In this document: piece after piece, positions 46,167-63,472 of the stretch
Layout of the letters: each line of letters begins with the position of its first letter
Position numbering within the stretch: the stretch's first letter is position 1
Assembly (NCBI RefSeq): GCF_009914755.1
Contig: NC_060935.1
Length of the DNA: 64,000 nucleotides
Source of the DNA: the human T2T-CHM13v2.0 reference genome, Homo sapiens
Reading direction: 5' to 3' (one strand)
The notes under the pieces: model-generated
What the model saw: the letters and a program-made list of their open reading frames with translations, nothing else
Database searches by the model: none
Told to the model about the DNA's origin: nothing
Program-made: the position numbers and the translations under genes

Positions 46167-46214
46167 GACCTGAGTAAAAGCTATCCATTGTAATAGAAAC
46201 AATCAATAAGAAGG

Positions 46215-46395
46215 TGTAATTTCAAGTCCTGGCACTTTTGCTATTTGTTAGAATTTGCATCTTGGATAAGTCCCTTGACCTTATTGGAACTATTTTGTTA
46301 TTATAATGGAAAAATAATAATATATTTTACGTGTTTATAAATTTAGTAGTAAATGATGGGATATTCTTCTGTGGACTGGAAAATGCTATGCAAAC
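46215..46395 (+). mobile_element. MIR remnant
   Basis: ttcaagtcctggcact...cttggataagtcccttgacct...aaaataataata. Confidence 0.6.
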
Positions 46396-47029
46396 TTAAA
46401 GAGATTAGATTTAATATATGTAATCATTTTATATATTGTAACGTAACAGTTCATCAGTGAACCCCACTTTCAGGTCTTCAATATGCACATGTTAATATAA
46501 GGGCTTAGACTAATTATCATCTCTCCATGAATATTCAACTATTCTGTGGAATGCTATTCTCTTGAGGTACTCTGGAAATTAAGAATACTGTAGCCAAATA
46601 ATTTTGACAAACACTGCCCATAGTATATATGGTACTTCTCAGGGAACATTAAACATTAAGATTATGAGATGAAGAAACTTATTTAACTTTGTTTAAATTG
46701 ATAGTTTTTAAAAAATGTTTGTTTATAAATATTTAAAAATATGCAACTATATTAACCCCTTTTTGGTCTAACAACTATTATATTAATATTTTTGGACAAT
46801 AATCCTGTAGATATTAAATAAGTCATCTTTGGTCATTTCCAGTGGTATGACTTGAAATTTCTATTTTTTCAGTCATACACCTTTACTTTCTGATACAGTC
46901 CTAAATATATTAATAGCATACAATAAATAAATTATTTAGGACTCAATAAATGACATCATTTACTAACATGGTCCAGCATATTAGTATAAAAATTATGCGA
47001 GTTTCATACAAAAGGGAGTCTACCCCTAC

Positions 47030-48300
47030 GTTTTCTATAGACCTCCGCTAGCTGCTCAGGAAAGGTTGAGGACAGGGCAAAAAACTGGAGAGAGACTGCC
47101 TACACAGTGCAGATATGGAGGAGGAACAGCCTGCTGGTGTTTGGGAAGGAATAGAAGACTGACCCTATCTTGATTGTTCTTTTAAAAGCCATGTGTCTCT
47201 AGAGAAGGGTGAGCAAATGCTGTTGGCTCCAGGGCAAAGGCAATGACTCGTTATTTCTGGAGGAACGAACAGATGAAAAAGTCCTCAATCATTTCTGGTG
47301 TGAGGTGTAGAAAACAATCCTGAGCCCATAATTCTACACCAATAAAATTAGAATTTGCCTACTACTGGAAGAGGGACAAGAAATTCCCACAGAAACTCCA
47401 GCAGAGATACAAGACAGAATTTGGCTACCTATTTAGGAGCAGCACAAATGCCAAGAAAATCCCAAACCCTGAGGCTAGTCATTCATGGACTCCCTAAAGT
47501 TAAGGCTAACAAAAAGAGACTTGGAAAAAATAGGAACCCTTAATAAGGAGCAACAGCTGTGTATATCTGGAGGTGAGAAAAGGCCACAAATGGAAAATCC
47601 TCTATGCTGCAAAGCTATAGGGATGGCTCAAAGATGAGGGTAGAACTTTAATATTAAGAAAAATCCTTCAATATCTCAGCACCATCATAACTACAAGGAA
47701 TCTTTAGAGAAATTTGAAGCCTGTGATACACTGAAGACACTCAGAAGCAACAAATTCAAACCCAGCTCAACTCCTGATAAGATTCAGTCAATCTTTATCC
47801 TAAATGCCTGAAAAGAGGTATTTTTATATCCAGGGTTAAATAGTATTTACCTCATCTCTCAAAGCCTACACGAGATATTCAATATTCAATAAAATTAAGT
47901 GTGCACACACACGCAAAAACACACACACACACAAACCAGGAAGGAGGAAAAAAAAAACATTTTCAAAACACAGTGCAACCAGCAGAATCACAGATGACCA
48001 AGAAGTTGGAACTATCAGAGAGAGAGAGAGACTTTAAAAGGTATGGAATTAATATGACATAAAATCTAGTTGAAAAGGTGAGCAATATGCATAAACAAAT
48101 TGGAAATTTCTCCTGTAACTAAAGTAGTACATGAAATATTTCCAGATGAATTAGAGCCAGTTTGGGAAATACTTCTACCTACTCATATGGTCACGAAATT
48201 TCAGAAAATTAAAACCAAAGGTAAATCTTAAAAGGTTTGTGTGAGTTGGAAAAGCAAATAAACAAAACCAAATACATACAGGTAACACATAAAAATAAAG
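47030..48300 (+). mobile_element. Old L1M (L1MC/MD-type) 5'UTR/ORF1 remnant
   Basis: caaacccagctcaactcctga; agaagttggaactatcagag...actttaaaa; aaacaaattggaaatttc. Confidence 0.7.
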
Positions 48301-49359
48301 TAGAATAAATAAAAAAGTATAATATTGGTCCCAGATTGAATCCTGGCTTAGATAAATTGTAAAGAAAATTTTTGGGGAAACTTGATGAAATTTTAAAATT
48401 TCATTTAATATAACAGAAAAGTGGAGAGTGTTAGGTGAAAAACACAGGTTAAAACAATATGTATTTATTTTAGTATTTTTGTGTGTAAGGCTTTGAGAGA
48501 CTTTAATGTTTTGTTTACTTTCTAATTTTTACTTGTTTCCAGGAAAGATGACTCATAAAATGAAATGCATAGAATTTGACAAAATATGCTGGAAGGAGCT
48601 TAGAGTTTTTAAGGAATAAAGAGAAAAATTTGCCTTAAAATGTATAAAAATGATGCATTCTTTAACGTCAGACCTCAAGGAATAAGGTTATATAATGAGA
48701 GGTGGGTAGAGCTACTCTTGGATTGTGAGGGGGGCAGAACATTTTTGTTCTAAGGGGCAGACATATTTCATTTACAGCAAGAAGATGAAGGAATCTCTAC
48801 AGAAATATGTACAGATATAGAGGAGTTTCAAGATTAAAAATATGGTTGACTGAGGACCCGGAAAAATATGTTTGATATGGAAGAAATGGAGTTGATGTGG
48901 TCATATTTGGGAACCGTACAAAGCAATGTGCGGGTAAGTATGCAAAAATTGGGGGTCAGGAAGAGTAAGATTTCTAATGTGAATGGGTTTAAGTGGGTTA
49001 TTAAATCAAAGTTGGATTTGAAGAAATCAAATCAAGTCTTAGAAGCAGATGTGAGTAATCAGTGAAAGTCAAAGCTTAGAAGATTTAGCTAAAAGGTATG
49101 GAACCCTGGTCATATATTCCATCTTCCGATTCAAGATTGTGTCTTTGCCTGTTTATTAGACGACGATCTCTCTGAGAGACAAGTCTGTAAGGTAGGTAAC
49201 TGAGCTCTGACAACTTGAGGAGGTATCACAACAAGATTATGAGTAGATGTAAAAATCTCAGGGGTGCCTGTTCTCTTCTACAGTACCATTATGTCATTGT
49301 GTCATCATTAAAGAAGGAATATTTATTTCCTTTTTAGTAAGAGAAACAACAGGTTAAAT

Positions 49360-49700
49360 GGATTAGAGTGTGTTGGGCTACAAGTAGCAGGAAGTCTGAC
49401 ATGCTTACTACTAATAGAGAAAGTTACTACCTCGCAGAATTTTAATTCCATAAGAAGATACATTCAAGTGTTGGCGGTTGATTCTGTGGATTAATAGCAG
49501 CATCAAAAAGCCATATTCTGTCTGGTGCTCCTTTCTGACACTTTCAGTGGGTTGGTTTTGTAATAATATTAGTTCTCTGTAGAGTCACAAATTGGCTGCC
49601 AGTAGCAGCTTGAGGAACACGCTCCTTTGTTCTTGTCCAGAAAGATAATAGCTTCTTGTTTCTATTTACCAAAAGTCTTAAATGAGAATTTCATCTCTCA
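49360..49700 (-). mobile_element. Old MLT1 (J/K/L-like) LTR remnant
   Basis: gggctacaagtagcaggaag start; tcacaaattggctgccagtagc motif. Confidence 0.5.
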
Positions 49701-50259
49701 TTCTTAGGTCTATCATTTGAGTAGAATGAATAATAGATTAATGCCAACAGGTGATAAATAGATATATATTATTCAGCATATAGTATCATTTCTGTCAATT
49801 ATTAGGTAACAAGAAACATTAGCTGAAAGAATAATGGATAAACAGTAAATGTTTATTAATTTTAATGAACTTATACTAGAGTACACATTTTACTTTTTGA
49901 AAATTTTGTACATTGATTATATTTTAAGAGAAATATTTTATATATTTTCATCAGTACCCCCTTTTCAGTGAGATCATAATGTCCTTGGCTTGTTAGTCTA
50001 TATTTTTAGTAATTCTTTGTCAAAATTGCATTTGAATAAGGAAAATGATGTTACATTTATGCCTCATGTTTGGCAGATATGTCCTAGGTCACGTCTCTAA
50101 GCAAATACCTTTGCTAATAGACTGAATGACCAAGCTAGGTTAAGATATTTGCTTACTCTCTTGTTTATTACCGAAGAAATAATGGAAATGAACTCACTGA
50201 TGTTTTGTAGAATCTTATAGATGCTATGTCATACCATTAGTCCAAACTCAATAATTTTT

Positions 50260-50560
50260 TTAATTCTTTTGTATTTTGAGACAGGGTCTCACTCTGTCTC
50301 CCAGGCTGGAGTGCAATGGCAGGAACACAGCTCACTTCAGCCTCAACCTCCTGGGCTCAAGCGATCCTCCTGCATCAGCATTTCCAGAAGCTGGGACTAC
50401 AGGCATGCACCATCACATCTGGCTAATTTTTGTATTTTTTTGTAAAGACGGGGTTACACTATGTTGCCCAAGATGATCTCAAACTCCTGACCTCAGGTGA
50501 TCCACCTGCCTTGGCCTCCTAAAGTTCTGAGATTACAGACATGAGCCACCATGTTTGGAT
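50260..50560 (-). mobile_element. AluJ
   Basis: Diverged dimer; TSD aaactcaataatttt/aaattcaatcatttt. Confidence 0.9.
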
Positions 50561-50872
50561 GAAAATTCAATCATTTTAAAAACTATACTCATTTCTTCCA
50601 ACTAACTAGATTTTCCTCTACGATATCCCCCCAAAAATGCATTTGAGTGTGACTTCAATATCCATCAATTTTTTTCCAGACTAAAAATATATGCCATAGT
50701 CAACTCCTCACTGTCCCTAAAATTCAAGTTTTGTCTATCCTCCACTCTCCACCCATTCATTCAAGAAACATTTTTTGCACTGTGTACAACATATCATCCT
50801 AAGCCTGGCCTTCATTAAAATACAATCTAGCTTAGAAGACAAAACATAAACAAGTATTCATAAGTGTGATGT

Positions 50873-50922
50873 ACAACCTACATTTAATTAGGTACATATA
50901 ACCTATATTTAATTAAGTACAT
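50873..50922. repeat. 25-bp tandem duplication (x2) at the edge of an old L1 3' fragment
   Basis: acaacctacatttaattaggtacat / ataacctatatttaattaagtacat. Confidence 0.8.
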
Positions 50923-53900
50923 AGATCTTAACTATAAAATTTAATGTCTTGACAAAGGTATACATTAATGTAAACCATACTCTGATTAAGTTATAACACT
51001 TTTTGTTAGGTAGCTTTTCAGACTTTTCACATTATTAGGGGAGCTATTTGTCTTTTTAATTTTGAATGATAGGGCTTGTTGTCTGGACACAAGTTGTTTG
51101 CTAAATATATGCTAGATTTGGGAGCAAAATTTGTTACTCTAAAGGTATATTCATATTCTCTGTGAAGATATTTAAATATGTTTGGCTTCTTGCATACATA
51201 CTAAGCTTACACTATATGATTTTGTTTGAATATAAATTTATAAGATCATATACTGAAATATAGAAATGAGCGGCTCATTAGGAAAATAAATATAAGATTA
51301 TGTTAAAATTCAATTTATCAACATATATAAGCCTCCTAAATATATTTATATATAACAGCTTACTACAGATACGTAAGCATATTCAAGAAACCTTCTTTGA
51401 TAATGAAAAATGGAAAATAAAATATTTTAGGGAGATAATCTCTATTCTATGCATCCATGTAAAACATCCATGTTTTCTTATTACCATCAACCATATATGT
51501 CAGAATTAATCGTTTTATGTTTAACTTATGATCACCCTGAAAAATCTTATATAGAAAGTTTTTGACACAACATTAATTTCCCTAATAACATAGCTGTACT
51601 TTATGTACATGTTAGATTTCATTTACTTTTGTTGTTATTGTTATCATATTTACTTTAATAACAAATCTTATATTTTAACAAGTTTCTCAATTGCAATTTC
51701 AAATTGTAAACTTTACAGTTGGCTGGCATCTTCTTACAAATTAATTACACTGTTTGAGAAAATTGCTCAGGCCTAGAAGACTGACTAAATATATTAGGGA
51801 TTCTAGAAACAAATCACACAATAATATTCCTAAAGGGATGTGAGACTCAATGAAGCACTGTTTCTCAAAGAAAAAAGAGAAGAGAAAAAAGGAAAATGAA
51901 AACAAAACAAAATTAGAAAAGGTTTTAACATATATTACATTTTTCTTATAAATTCACCCTTAACAAAGATGAGGTCTTAAAACATAAATTCAGTGTTTTA
52001 TACTTTGAGACAGTGGAAATAACAGTAAAAGGAAAGTCAAAATGTGCGATATAGTTCTGTCTCTAGAGCTAATAGTTGTGTGATAATGGACAAGGTACCT
52101 AACTTCTAAGGGTGTTGATTTCTGTGCTGTGAATTAGCTGTATCATTTAATGTTTCCTGCTGTATCATCCAATAATTCACTCCCTTATAGGTAAGTAAAA
52201 TCATATTCTTACAAATATTATTGAGTTGGTGCTCAAACATACAAGATTTCAAAGAATGCTTTTTACTGGAAACAATCGGGTTAGTGCTATAAGCATCAAA
52301 ATACTCTCCCCATTTGTTTGATTACTTGACTATTTAGATTTATTTGAAATTATTTGCATTAGCCATAGAATTATTAGCACCATTCCATTATTTGAATTCT
52401 TTATAGGTATGAGATAATTCTTACAGTTATTACATCATGGGGATAAAAACGTGATTCCCTTTTTTTCTCCCCTAGATATTAAGAAAGAAATAAGATATTT
52501 CTTCTTGAGTTTGTTCCAACTCATGGGGTTATATTGTCAAATCAGTTTCACATGAATCAGAGAGCATACCCATCGACAAGTTTTATGAAATAATTTCAAG
52601 CATACAGGAAATCAGAAGCTCAGAAGACACAGAAACATGTCTGTGCCATTGACATTGAGGGTTGTTCCCCAGGTTCTTGTTTCACATGTTGAGCATGCAC
52701 CTCTGGCCCAGACAGATGAGGACTCTGGATGAGGTTTTCAGATATTCTTATATAGTAGAGAGCATTTAACTTCTTAAAACAATTCCATTCTTTATTCCAG
52801 AGAGCCGTACATCGTCTGTGACATTTTCCAGAGCGCCATGCCTCATACACCCTACGCTCTCTTCACCGCAGAGGATCCTCCGCCAGGGCATGTGTTGAGG
52901 ACATTTCAGAGGTGAAGTCTCTCCTTTCTGTTTATGCAGAGGTCCATCAGAAAATATTACACATGGTTCCCTGCCTTTGCCTTGTATTTCTGCCCCAGGA
53001 CTGTTCCCTAAGTAAGGAGCATAAATGGATGTAGACTTGCCGCTTTAACTCATTCCTCCCTGAGTTAAACTGTAAAATCAGCACACAATTGATCAGAAAA
53101 GAGACAGAGAAAGACACTGCAAAATAGATGTTTCATAAGAATAACAAGATTAAATTGAAGTTATTATATATCTTTAAAAGATAGTTAATCAGAGTAATGT
53201 TAGTAAGAAATGGAGGATACAAAATTGACAGCCACCACGTTAAAAGTTCGTGACACATCAAAGGGCAGGTGTTTGAGAGGACTGGCCATCACAACATCCA
53301 TGCCTGAGGAAGCCTTGAAACAGTCAAATGACAAACCTCTATTTCCTTTTGTAGTGAGTTATTTTTCCATTCCAAAAAATGTTTTTTAATTCATTCTCCT
53401 TGTAGCTAGCCAGCAGAGAAAGCTGTTCAGACTTACTTAACAGTGATGTTTCTCACTGTTAATTAATATAGTATCAGGTTTTTTGTGAACTGTCTGTGCA
53501 TAACTAAGCATCTTTAAATTCTTGAGGATTTGACTGAGTAACGGAATTAGGAATATTCCAAGGTAATAACGTATTATAGATATATTAGGAAGAAAACTGG
53601 CTATGAAAGTAACATGCTAACACCTCCTTTTCTTTAATGAGTCATCTACCTCTGTATTATTTGTTCATTTCCTTTCCCCACTAATACATTAATTTGATTC
53701 ATAAAAGTTAAGATGCTAAGGTTGCCAGAGTTCTCAGAGGTCCAGATCATCATGCATAGGATTCCCCTCCACAAGATCCTAAATGTCAATTAAATATTTT
53801 ACATATTTTTTAGATGCTTTCAGTGTTAAGATAGTCATAATCTCACAGGGGAAACCATTATACTAACTACAAAATATGTATTAGTCACCCTGTTATCTTA

Positions 53901-53924
53901 GACCTTGCAGGTTGCTTCAAAATT

Positions 53925-54190
53925 ATTTCATTCATTTATTCTATACATATTTATTAATATGCTATTCTTTGATAAACTATAGAAAAATAAAACCCACCTT
54001 AGAGTATTATATCGGGGGTTGGGGGGGCGCTCCCACCACATATACATTTAGTATATTAAAATACTAGGGCATTGGAATATACTTTACTGGTTACTAGGAA
54101 AATGCATAGAAGGGGAATCTAACATAGTTTGGAGGTACAGAGAAAGTTTAATAGAGTAGGTGATGAATTAGGTGAGAAGTAAAAAATAAA
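53925..54190 (-). mobile_element. L2 3' remnant
   Basis: ttcattcatttattctatacatatttatt...ggaatctaacatagtttggagg. Confidence 0.55.
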
Positions 54191-54199
54191 AGCAGTGTA

Positions 54200-55645
<1,446 letters not shown>

Positions 55646-56498
55646 AAAAACTGCATTTAGGCAATAGAAAACAATAAAATTTGCAAGGTAAAAGAATGAA
55701 GTATGTTGAGAAGGACATGAGTAATTGTTTTTTAGTCTAACAACTTTACTGGAATACAATTCACATAACATACAATTTACCTAAAGTATAACATTCAATG
55801 GTTTTAGTATATTCACAGGGTTGTACAACCATCACCATAATCATAGAAACTTTTCATCATCCCAAAAGGAAACTATGTCCGTATTAGAGGCCACTTCTTA
55901 TTTCCACCCTATGACTCCCCACTGTCATCACCAACCCTGGCCATAATAAATCACTAGTCTACTTCTTGTCTATAGACATGCCTAATCTGGACATTTTAAA
56001 TAGATAGATTTTATATAGTTAGATTCATTTAATATGTGGTCATTTGTGACTCATTTCTTTCACCCCACATAATATTGTCAAGGTTAATCTATGTCACAGA
56101 ATGTAAGAGTACTTCATTTGTTTTTACTGCCAAAATATAGTTCATTGTATGGATCTACTATATTTCATTTAGCCATTCATCAGTTGATAGACACTTGGGT
56201 TTTCACTTTTGGCTATTATGAATACGGTGCAACAAGCATTTGTGTACAAGTTTTTGTGTGGATATATGCCCTTATTTCTCTTAGATACATGCCTAGAAGT
56301 GGAATTGCTGGAATATAAAGTAACTGTCTATTTAACATTTTGAAGAAGTGCCAGATTTTTTACAAAATGAATGAGCCATTTTAATTTCCTACCAGCAATG
56401 TATGAGAGGTTCAATTTCTCCACATCTTTGCCAACAGTTATTACCTGGCTTTTAAAATTTTAGACATCCTAGAGAGTGTGAAGTGGTATTCCACTGTA

Positions 56499-56796
56499 TT
56501 TTTTTTTTTTTTTATGAAACAGAGTCTCACTCTGTTGTCCAGGCTGGAGAACAGTGGCATAATCTCAGCTAACCGCAACCTCCACCTCCCAGGTTCAAGC
56601 AATTCTCGTGCCTCAACCAGTCAAATTGCTGGGACTACAGGTGTGTACCAACATACCTGGCTAATTTTTGTATTTTTAGTAGAGATGGGGTTTTGTCATG
56701 TTGGCCAGGCTGGTCTCAAACTCCTGACCTCAGTGATTCTCCCAAGTTGGCCTCCCAAAGTGCTGGGACTACAGGTGTGAGCCACTGCGCCCGACC
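56499..56796 (-). mobile_element. AluS
   Basis: Full dimer; TSD ccactgtattttt/ccattgtattttt. Confidence 0.92.
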
Positions 56797-57356
56797 CCAT
56801 TGTATTTTTTATTTGCATTTTCATTATGGTTGATGATGATGAACATCTTGTAATGTTTACTGACCTTTTATATAATAATCTTCTTTGAAGAAATAGCTAT
56901 CCAGAACCTTTGTCCATTTTTAAGTTGGCTGTGTACCTTTACATTATCGAGTGTAAGCGTTTTTTATATACTATAAACAAACCCTTAAAAATAATTTATC
57001 CTATTCTGAGTTGTACTTTTCATTTTCTTAATGTTTTCCATTAAAGCACAAAGTCTTTATTTAATTTATCAAGTCAATATATCTATTTTGTGTCACTCAT
57101 GCTTTTGTTGTCATGTAAAAAGGTTTCGCCCAACCCAAGTGCCATAAAGATTTCTCATTTTTTTTTCTAATTTTTTACAATTTTTGCTGTTATATTTAGA
57201 TTCATTTTAAGGTAAGTTTTGTGTACAGTGTGAGGTAAGGGTCCAACTTCATCTTTTGTATGTAGGTATCTAGTTGCCCTGAAATCATTTCTTGAAAAGA
57301 CTATTCTTTTGCTCATTGAATTGCTTTGACACTCTCATCAAAAATCAAATCACTGT

Positions 57357-57638
57357 GGCTGGGCGCAGTGGCTCACACCTGTAATCCCAGCACTTTGGGA
57401 GGCCGAGGCGGGCGGATCACGAGGTCAGGAGATCGAGACCATCCTGACTAACATGGTGAAACCCTGTCTCTACTAAAAATAAAAAAAATTAGCCGGGTGT
57501 GGTGACAGGCGCCTGTAGTCCCAGGTACTCGGGAGGCTGAGGCAGGAGAATGGCATGAACCCGGGAGGTGGAGCTTTCAGTGAGCCGAGATCGCGCCACT
57601 GCACTCCAGCCTGGGCGACAGAGCGAGACTCTGTCTCA

Positions 57639-57665
<27 letters not shown>
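57357..57665 (+). mobile_element. AluY
   Basis: ggatcacgaggtcaggagatcgagaccatcc, gaatggcatgaaccc; long A-tail; TSD aaaatcaaatcactgt/aaaatcaaatcgctgt. Confidence 0.95.
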
Positions 57666-57672
<7 letters not shown>

Positions 57673-57906
57673 AATCGCTGTTGATATGAGGGTTTATTTA
57701 TGGACTCTCAGTTGTATTCCATTGACCTTCATGTTTATTTTTTCCAATACCACTCTGTTTTGATTATTGTAGCTAAGTAGTAAGTTTTAAAACTGGGATA
57801 TGTGTGTCTTACCATAGTTTAAAGGTTATTTATGTTATTTCAGGTCCCTTGAATTTTCATATTAATCTTCTCATCAATTTGTAATTTGTCCAAAGGAGTC
57901 AGCTTG

Positions 57907-59453
<1,547 letters not shown>

Positions 59454-61021
59454 AAAGAAGTCAGCTTGTATTTTGATGGGTAACACATTGAATCTATAGA
59501 AAAATGTAAGTATTAACCCATCTTAACAATATTGCTTTTCTATTTATGAATATGAGATATTTTTCTATTTGTTTTAAGTTTTCTTTAATTGTTTCAACCA
59601 TGTCTTACAGTTTCTGAGAATAAATTTTATACTTATCTTGTTAAATTTAGACCTGGCTTTTTTATCATTTTGATGCTACTGTAAATTGAATTGTTTTTCA
59701 AATTAGATTTTTGAAATGTTCTTTGCTAGAGTATAGAAATCTAATATATTTTTATACAGTCGTCCTCACAATTTTGTATTTTGGATCCTGCATCCTGATT
59801 TCGTATATTTATTTTAATACTTTTTAGTGGTTTTCTTAGGATTTTCTTTATAAAAGATAGTGTCATCTGCAAAGAGAGATGGTTTTAATTCTTTCACTCC
59901 TATATGAATGCATTTTATTTCATGTTTTTGAATAATTTGCCTGGCTAGAACTTCCAATTTTATGTTGAATAGAAATTATAAAAATGGGCATCCCGGACTT
60001 CTTGGTTTTAAATAAAAAGCATTAAGTCTTTCTCCATTAAGTATAATGTCAGCTGTGGTTTTATTGTGCATACACATTATCAGGTTGAGGGAGTTTCCTT
60101 CTATTTTTAGTTTGTTGAGTGTTTTCATCATGAAGTAGTGTTGCGTTTCATTAATGTTCTTGTTTCCTTTTCTGTTTCTATTGAAATGACCACGTGTTTT
60201 TGCTCTTCAATCTATGACATTATGTAATATATTAATGGATTTCACATATTAAACTTTATATTCGCAGGAAAAATCCACCTTGGTTATCAAATATAACTTT
60301 TTTTATGTTACTGGATTAGGTTTGCTAGCATTTGGTTGAAGACACTGGGCTGCATTTTTCTTTTCTCGTGATGTGTTTTTCTTGCTTTGGTATCAGGCTA
60401 ATAGTGGCTTTATACGTTCAGAAGTGTTCCCTATTTTTTGGAAGAATTTCTGAGTAATTGTTTTTAAATGTACGTGGGTGTGAATATACACAATTTGTAA
60501 TGGACATATTTATAAATATACATATTTGGTAGTATTCACAAGTAAAGCTGTCTGTACCCAGATAATTCTTTGTGGGAAAGTTTTTACAAGTAATTCAATT
60601 ATTTACTTGTCCTAGGCTTATTAAGGGTTTTCTATTTTCTCTTGAGCCCATTTTGGTAGCTATGTCTTTCTAGAACTTGTCCATTTCATATGCATTTTGT
60701 AATTTGTTGGCATACAATTTTGCATCCTATTCTTTTTTATGTATTTCAATTTCTGTAAGATCAATAGAGATATACCATCATTCAATTTGGTTTTAGTAAT
60801 TTGAGTCGTCGCTCTTTCTTGATCAGTCTAGATAAAGGCTTGTTAATTTTGTTGGTCTTTTCAAATAACCAACTTTTGGAGTCATTGTTTTTCTCTATTT
60901 TCCATTTCCTACTTAATTAATCTCTGTTAATATTACAAATTATTGTTAATATAGGCTTTATTATACATTTTGCTTGCTTTAAGTTTAGTTTGCTCTCTTT
61001 TATCAGTGCTTTCAGTGGTGA

Positions 61022-61028
<7 letters not shown>

Positions 61029-61054
<26 letters not shown>

Positions 61055-61327
61055 TTGAGACAGAGTCTCACTCTCTTTCCCAGGCTGGGAAGGGCAGTGG
61101 TGTGATCCTGGCTCACTGCAACTTCCACCTCCTGCCTTCAAGTGATTCTCATGCCTCAGCCTCCTGAGTAGCTGGGACTACAGGCATGCATCACCATGTC
61201 CAGCTAATTTTTGTATTTTTAGTAGAGACAGGGTTTTGCCACGTTGGCCAGGCTGGTCTCAAACTCCTGACCTGCCTCGGCCTCCCAAAGTGCTGGGATT
61301 ACAGGCATGAGCCACCACGCCAGGCCT
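61029..61327 (-). mobile_element. AluS with a short left-arm deletion
   Basis: TSD gtgattttctt (61018-61028, 61328-61338); ctcctgacctgcctcgg lacks the usual caggtgatcc segment. Confidence 0.92.
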
Positions 61328-62250
61328 GTGATTTTCTTGATTTGAAATCTTTTCTTAAATTTTTAAAAACATAGTTATTTCCAGATGAAAATTTTCCCTT
61401 AAGAGCTGTCTTAGCTGCATCATGCAAATTATGGTATATTGTACTTTCATTTTTCTTTATCTCGAAATATATCCTAACTTCTAATTTGACTTCTTCTTTG
61501 ACCCACTGGCTATTTAGGAGTGTTTGATTTAATTTCCAAATATTTGTGAGTTTCTCAACTGTCTTTCAGTTATTGATTTCTAATTATACTCCATTATGGT
61601 CATAGAACATACTTGCATTATTACAACTCTTTTTAAATTTATTGAAGTTTTGTTAAGACCTGTTAAATTGTCTAATCTGGTGAATGTCTATGGTGTCGAG
61701 TTGGTTTATAATATAGTAATTTGGTTTTTATTGGAATATAAGTGGCAATTTCTGAGACTAAGAAATAGAGGTAGAAAATGATAGAGTCCCACATTCTTCA
61801 AGTTCTAAAGTAATCATGCCATTTTTTGAGATCATTTGTTGTTATTAAGTTTTACCTTAGCATAAAAATAAACTATATACATATTTTCAGTTTCTACCTA
61901 TTGGCCATATATCTGCCCTATGGAGCTCAAAGTTTTCTCTCTCCACTCATCTGTTCTCCAAATATTAGTATAAAATTTTCTGGATGTCTTAAATCTTTTT
62001 CTCTATTTCAGAGTTCTCTTTTTAACACCACTATTCTTCAAATCATAATTTCCCTACACCAGATGTTAGGTAGAAACAGTCAAGAATTAAAAAAATAGTT
62101 ATGCACTGCTCAGGATAAGGTAGTTTTGTGAAAAAACAGATAAATATGGACAGATAACTTATAACGTTTACATTTTTACATTAAGATTTCCCCTGTATAA
62201 TACATAACATATTTTGTGCCATGGGTTTGTTTAGGGTTAAGCTCAGCAAT

Positions 62251-63472
62251 GGGAAAAAGATTTCTATTCAATAAATGGTGCTGGGAGAACTGGCTTTGAA
62301 ACTAAACCTTTTTTTTTATACCATGTAAAAAAATTAACTCAAGTGAAATTAAAGACTTAAATGTAAAACCCAAAACTATAAAAATCCTGGAAGGCAAGGT
62401 AAGCAATACCATTCAGAACATAGGCATGGGCAAAGATTTCATGACGAAAATGCCAAAAGCAATTGCAAAGAAAGCAAAAATTGACAAATGGGATATAATT
62501 AAACTAACGTGCTTCTGCACAGCAAAAGAAACCATCAACAGAATAAACCAACAACATACAGAATGGGAGAAAGTTTTTGCAAACTATGTATCCAACAAAA
62601 GTCTAATATCCAGCATCTATAAGCTACTTAAACAAATTTACAAAAAAAAAAAAAACATAAAAACGTAGGCAAAGGATATGAACAGACACATTACAAAAGG
62701 AATGCGGCTAACAATCATATGAAAAAAGGTTCAACATTACTGATCATTAGAAAAATGCAAATCAAAACCACAATAAGATACCATCTCACAACAGTCAGAA
62801 TGGCTATTATTAATAAGTCAGAAAACAATCAATGCTGGCAAGGTTGTAGAGACAAAGAAACGCTTATACACTGTTGGTGGGAGTGTAAATTAGTTCAACC
62901 ATTGTGGAAGACAGCTTGGTGATTCTTCAAAGACCTAAAGACAGAAATACCATTCAACCCAGCAATCCCATTAATGAGTATATACCCAAAGGAATATAAA
63001 TTTTTCTATTATGAAGACACATGCATGTGTATGTTCATTGCAGCACTATTCACAATAGCAAAGACATGAAATTAACCCAAATGCCCATCAGTGGTAGACT
63101 GGATAAAGAAAGTGTGGTATATATACACCATAAAATATTATGCAGCCATGTAAAAGAACAAGATCATGTCCTTTGCAGGGCCATTATCCTCAGCAAACTA
63201 ATGTAGGAACAGAAAACCAAATACTGTATATTCTCACTTGTAAGTGGGAGCTAAATGATGAGAACACATGGAAACATAGAGAGGAACAACAAACACTGGG
63301 ACCTATTGGAGGGTCGAGGGTAGCAGGAGTGAGAGGATCAGGAAAAATAATGAATGGGTACTATTAATAGGCTTAATATCTGGGTGATGAAATGATCTGT
63401 ATAACAAACTACTATGACACAACTTTACCTACGTAACAAACCTGCATTTGTACCCCTGAACTTAAAATAAAA
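62251..63472 (+). mobile_element. 5'-truncated L1PA11-13-like element
   Basis: ORF2 C-terminal relics ([24 protein letters not shown]); 3'UTR gagaggatcaggaaaaataa; TSD agggttaagctcagcaat/agagttatgctcagtaat. Confidence 0.9.

Noticed and set aside
48520-48690. Possible + strand exon after ttttacttgtttccAG (48542)
   Set aside because: Weak donor, no recognisable product, adjacent to L1-derived sequence; insufficient support.
52620-52850. Minus-strand 76-aa ORF containing VKQEPGE (SUMO-like motif)
   Set aside because: Non-ATG start, no other homology and no splice context; probably chance.
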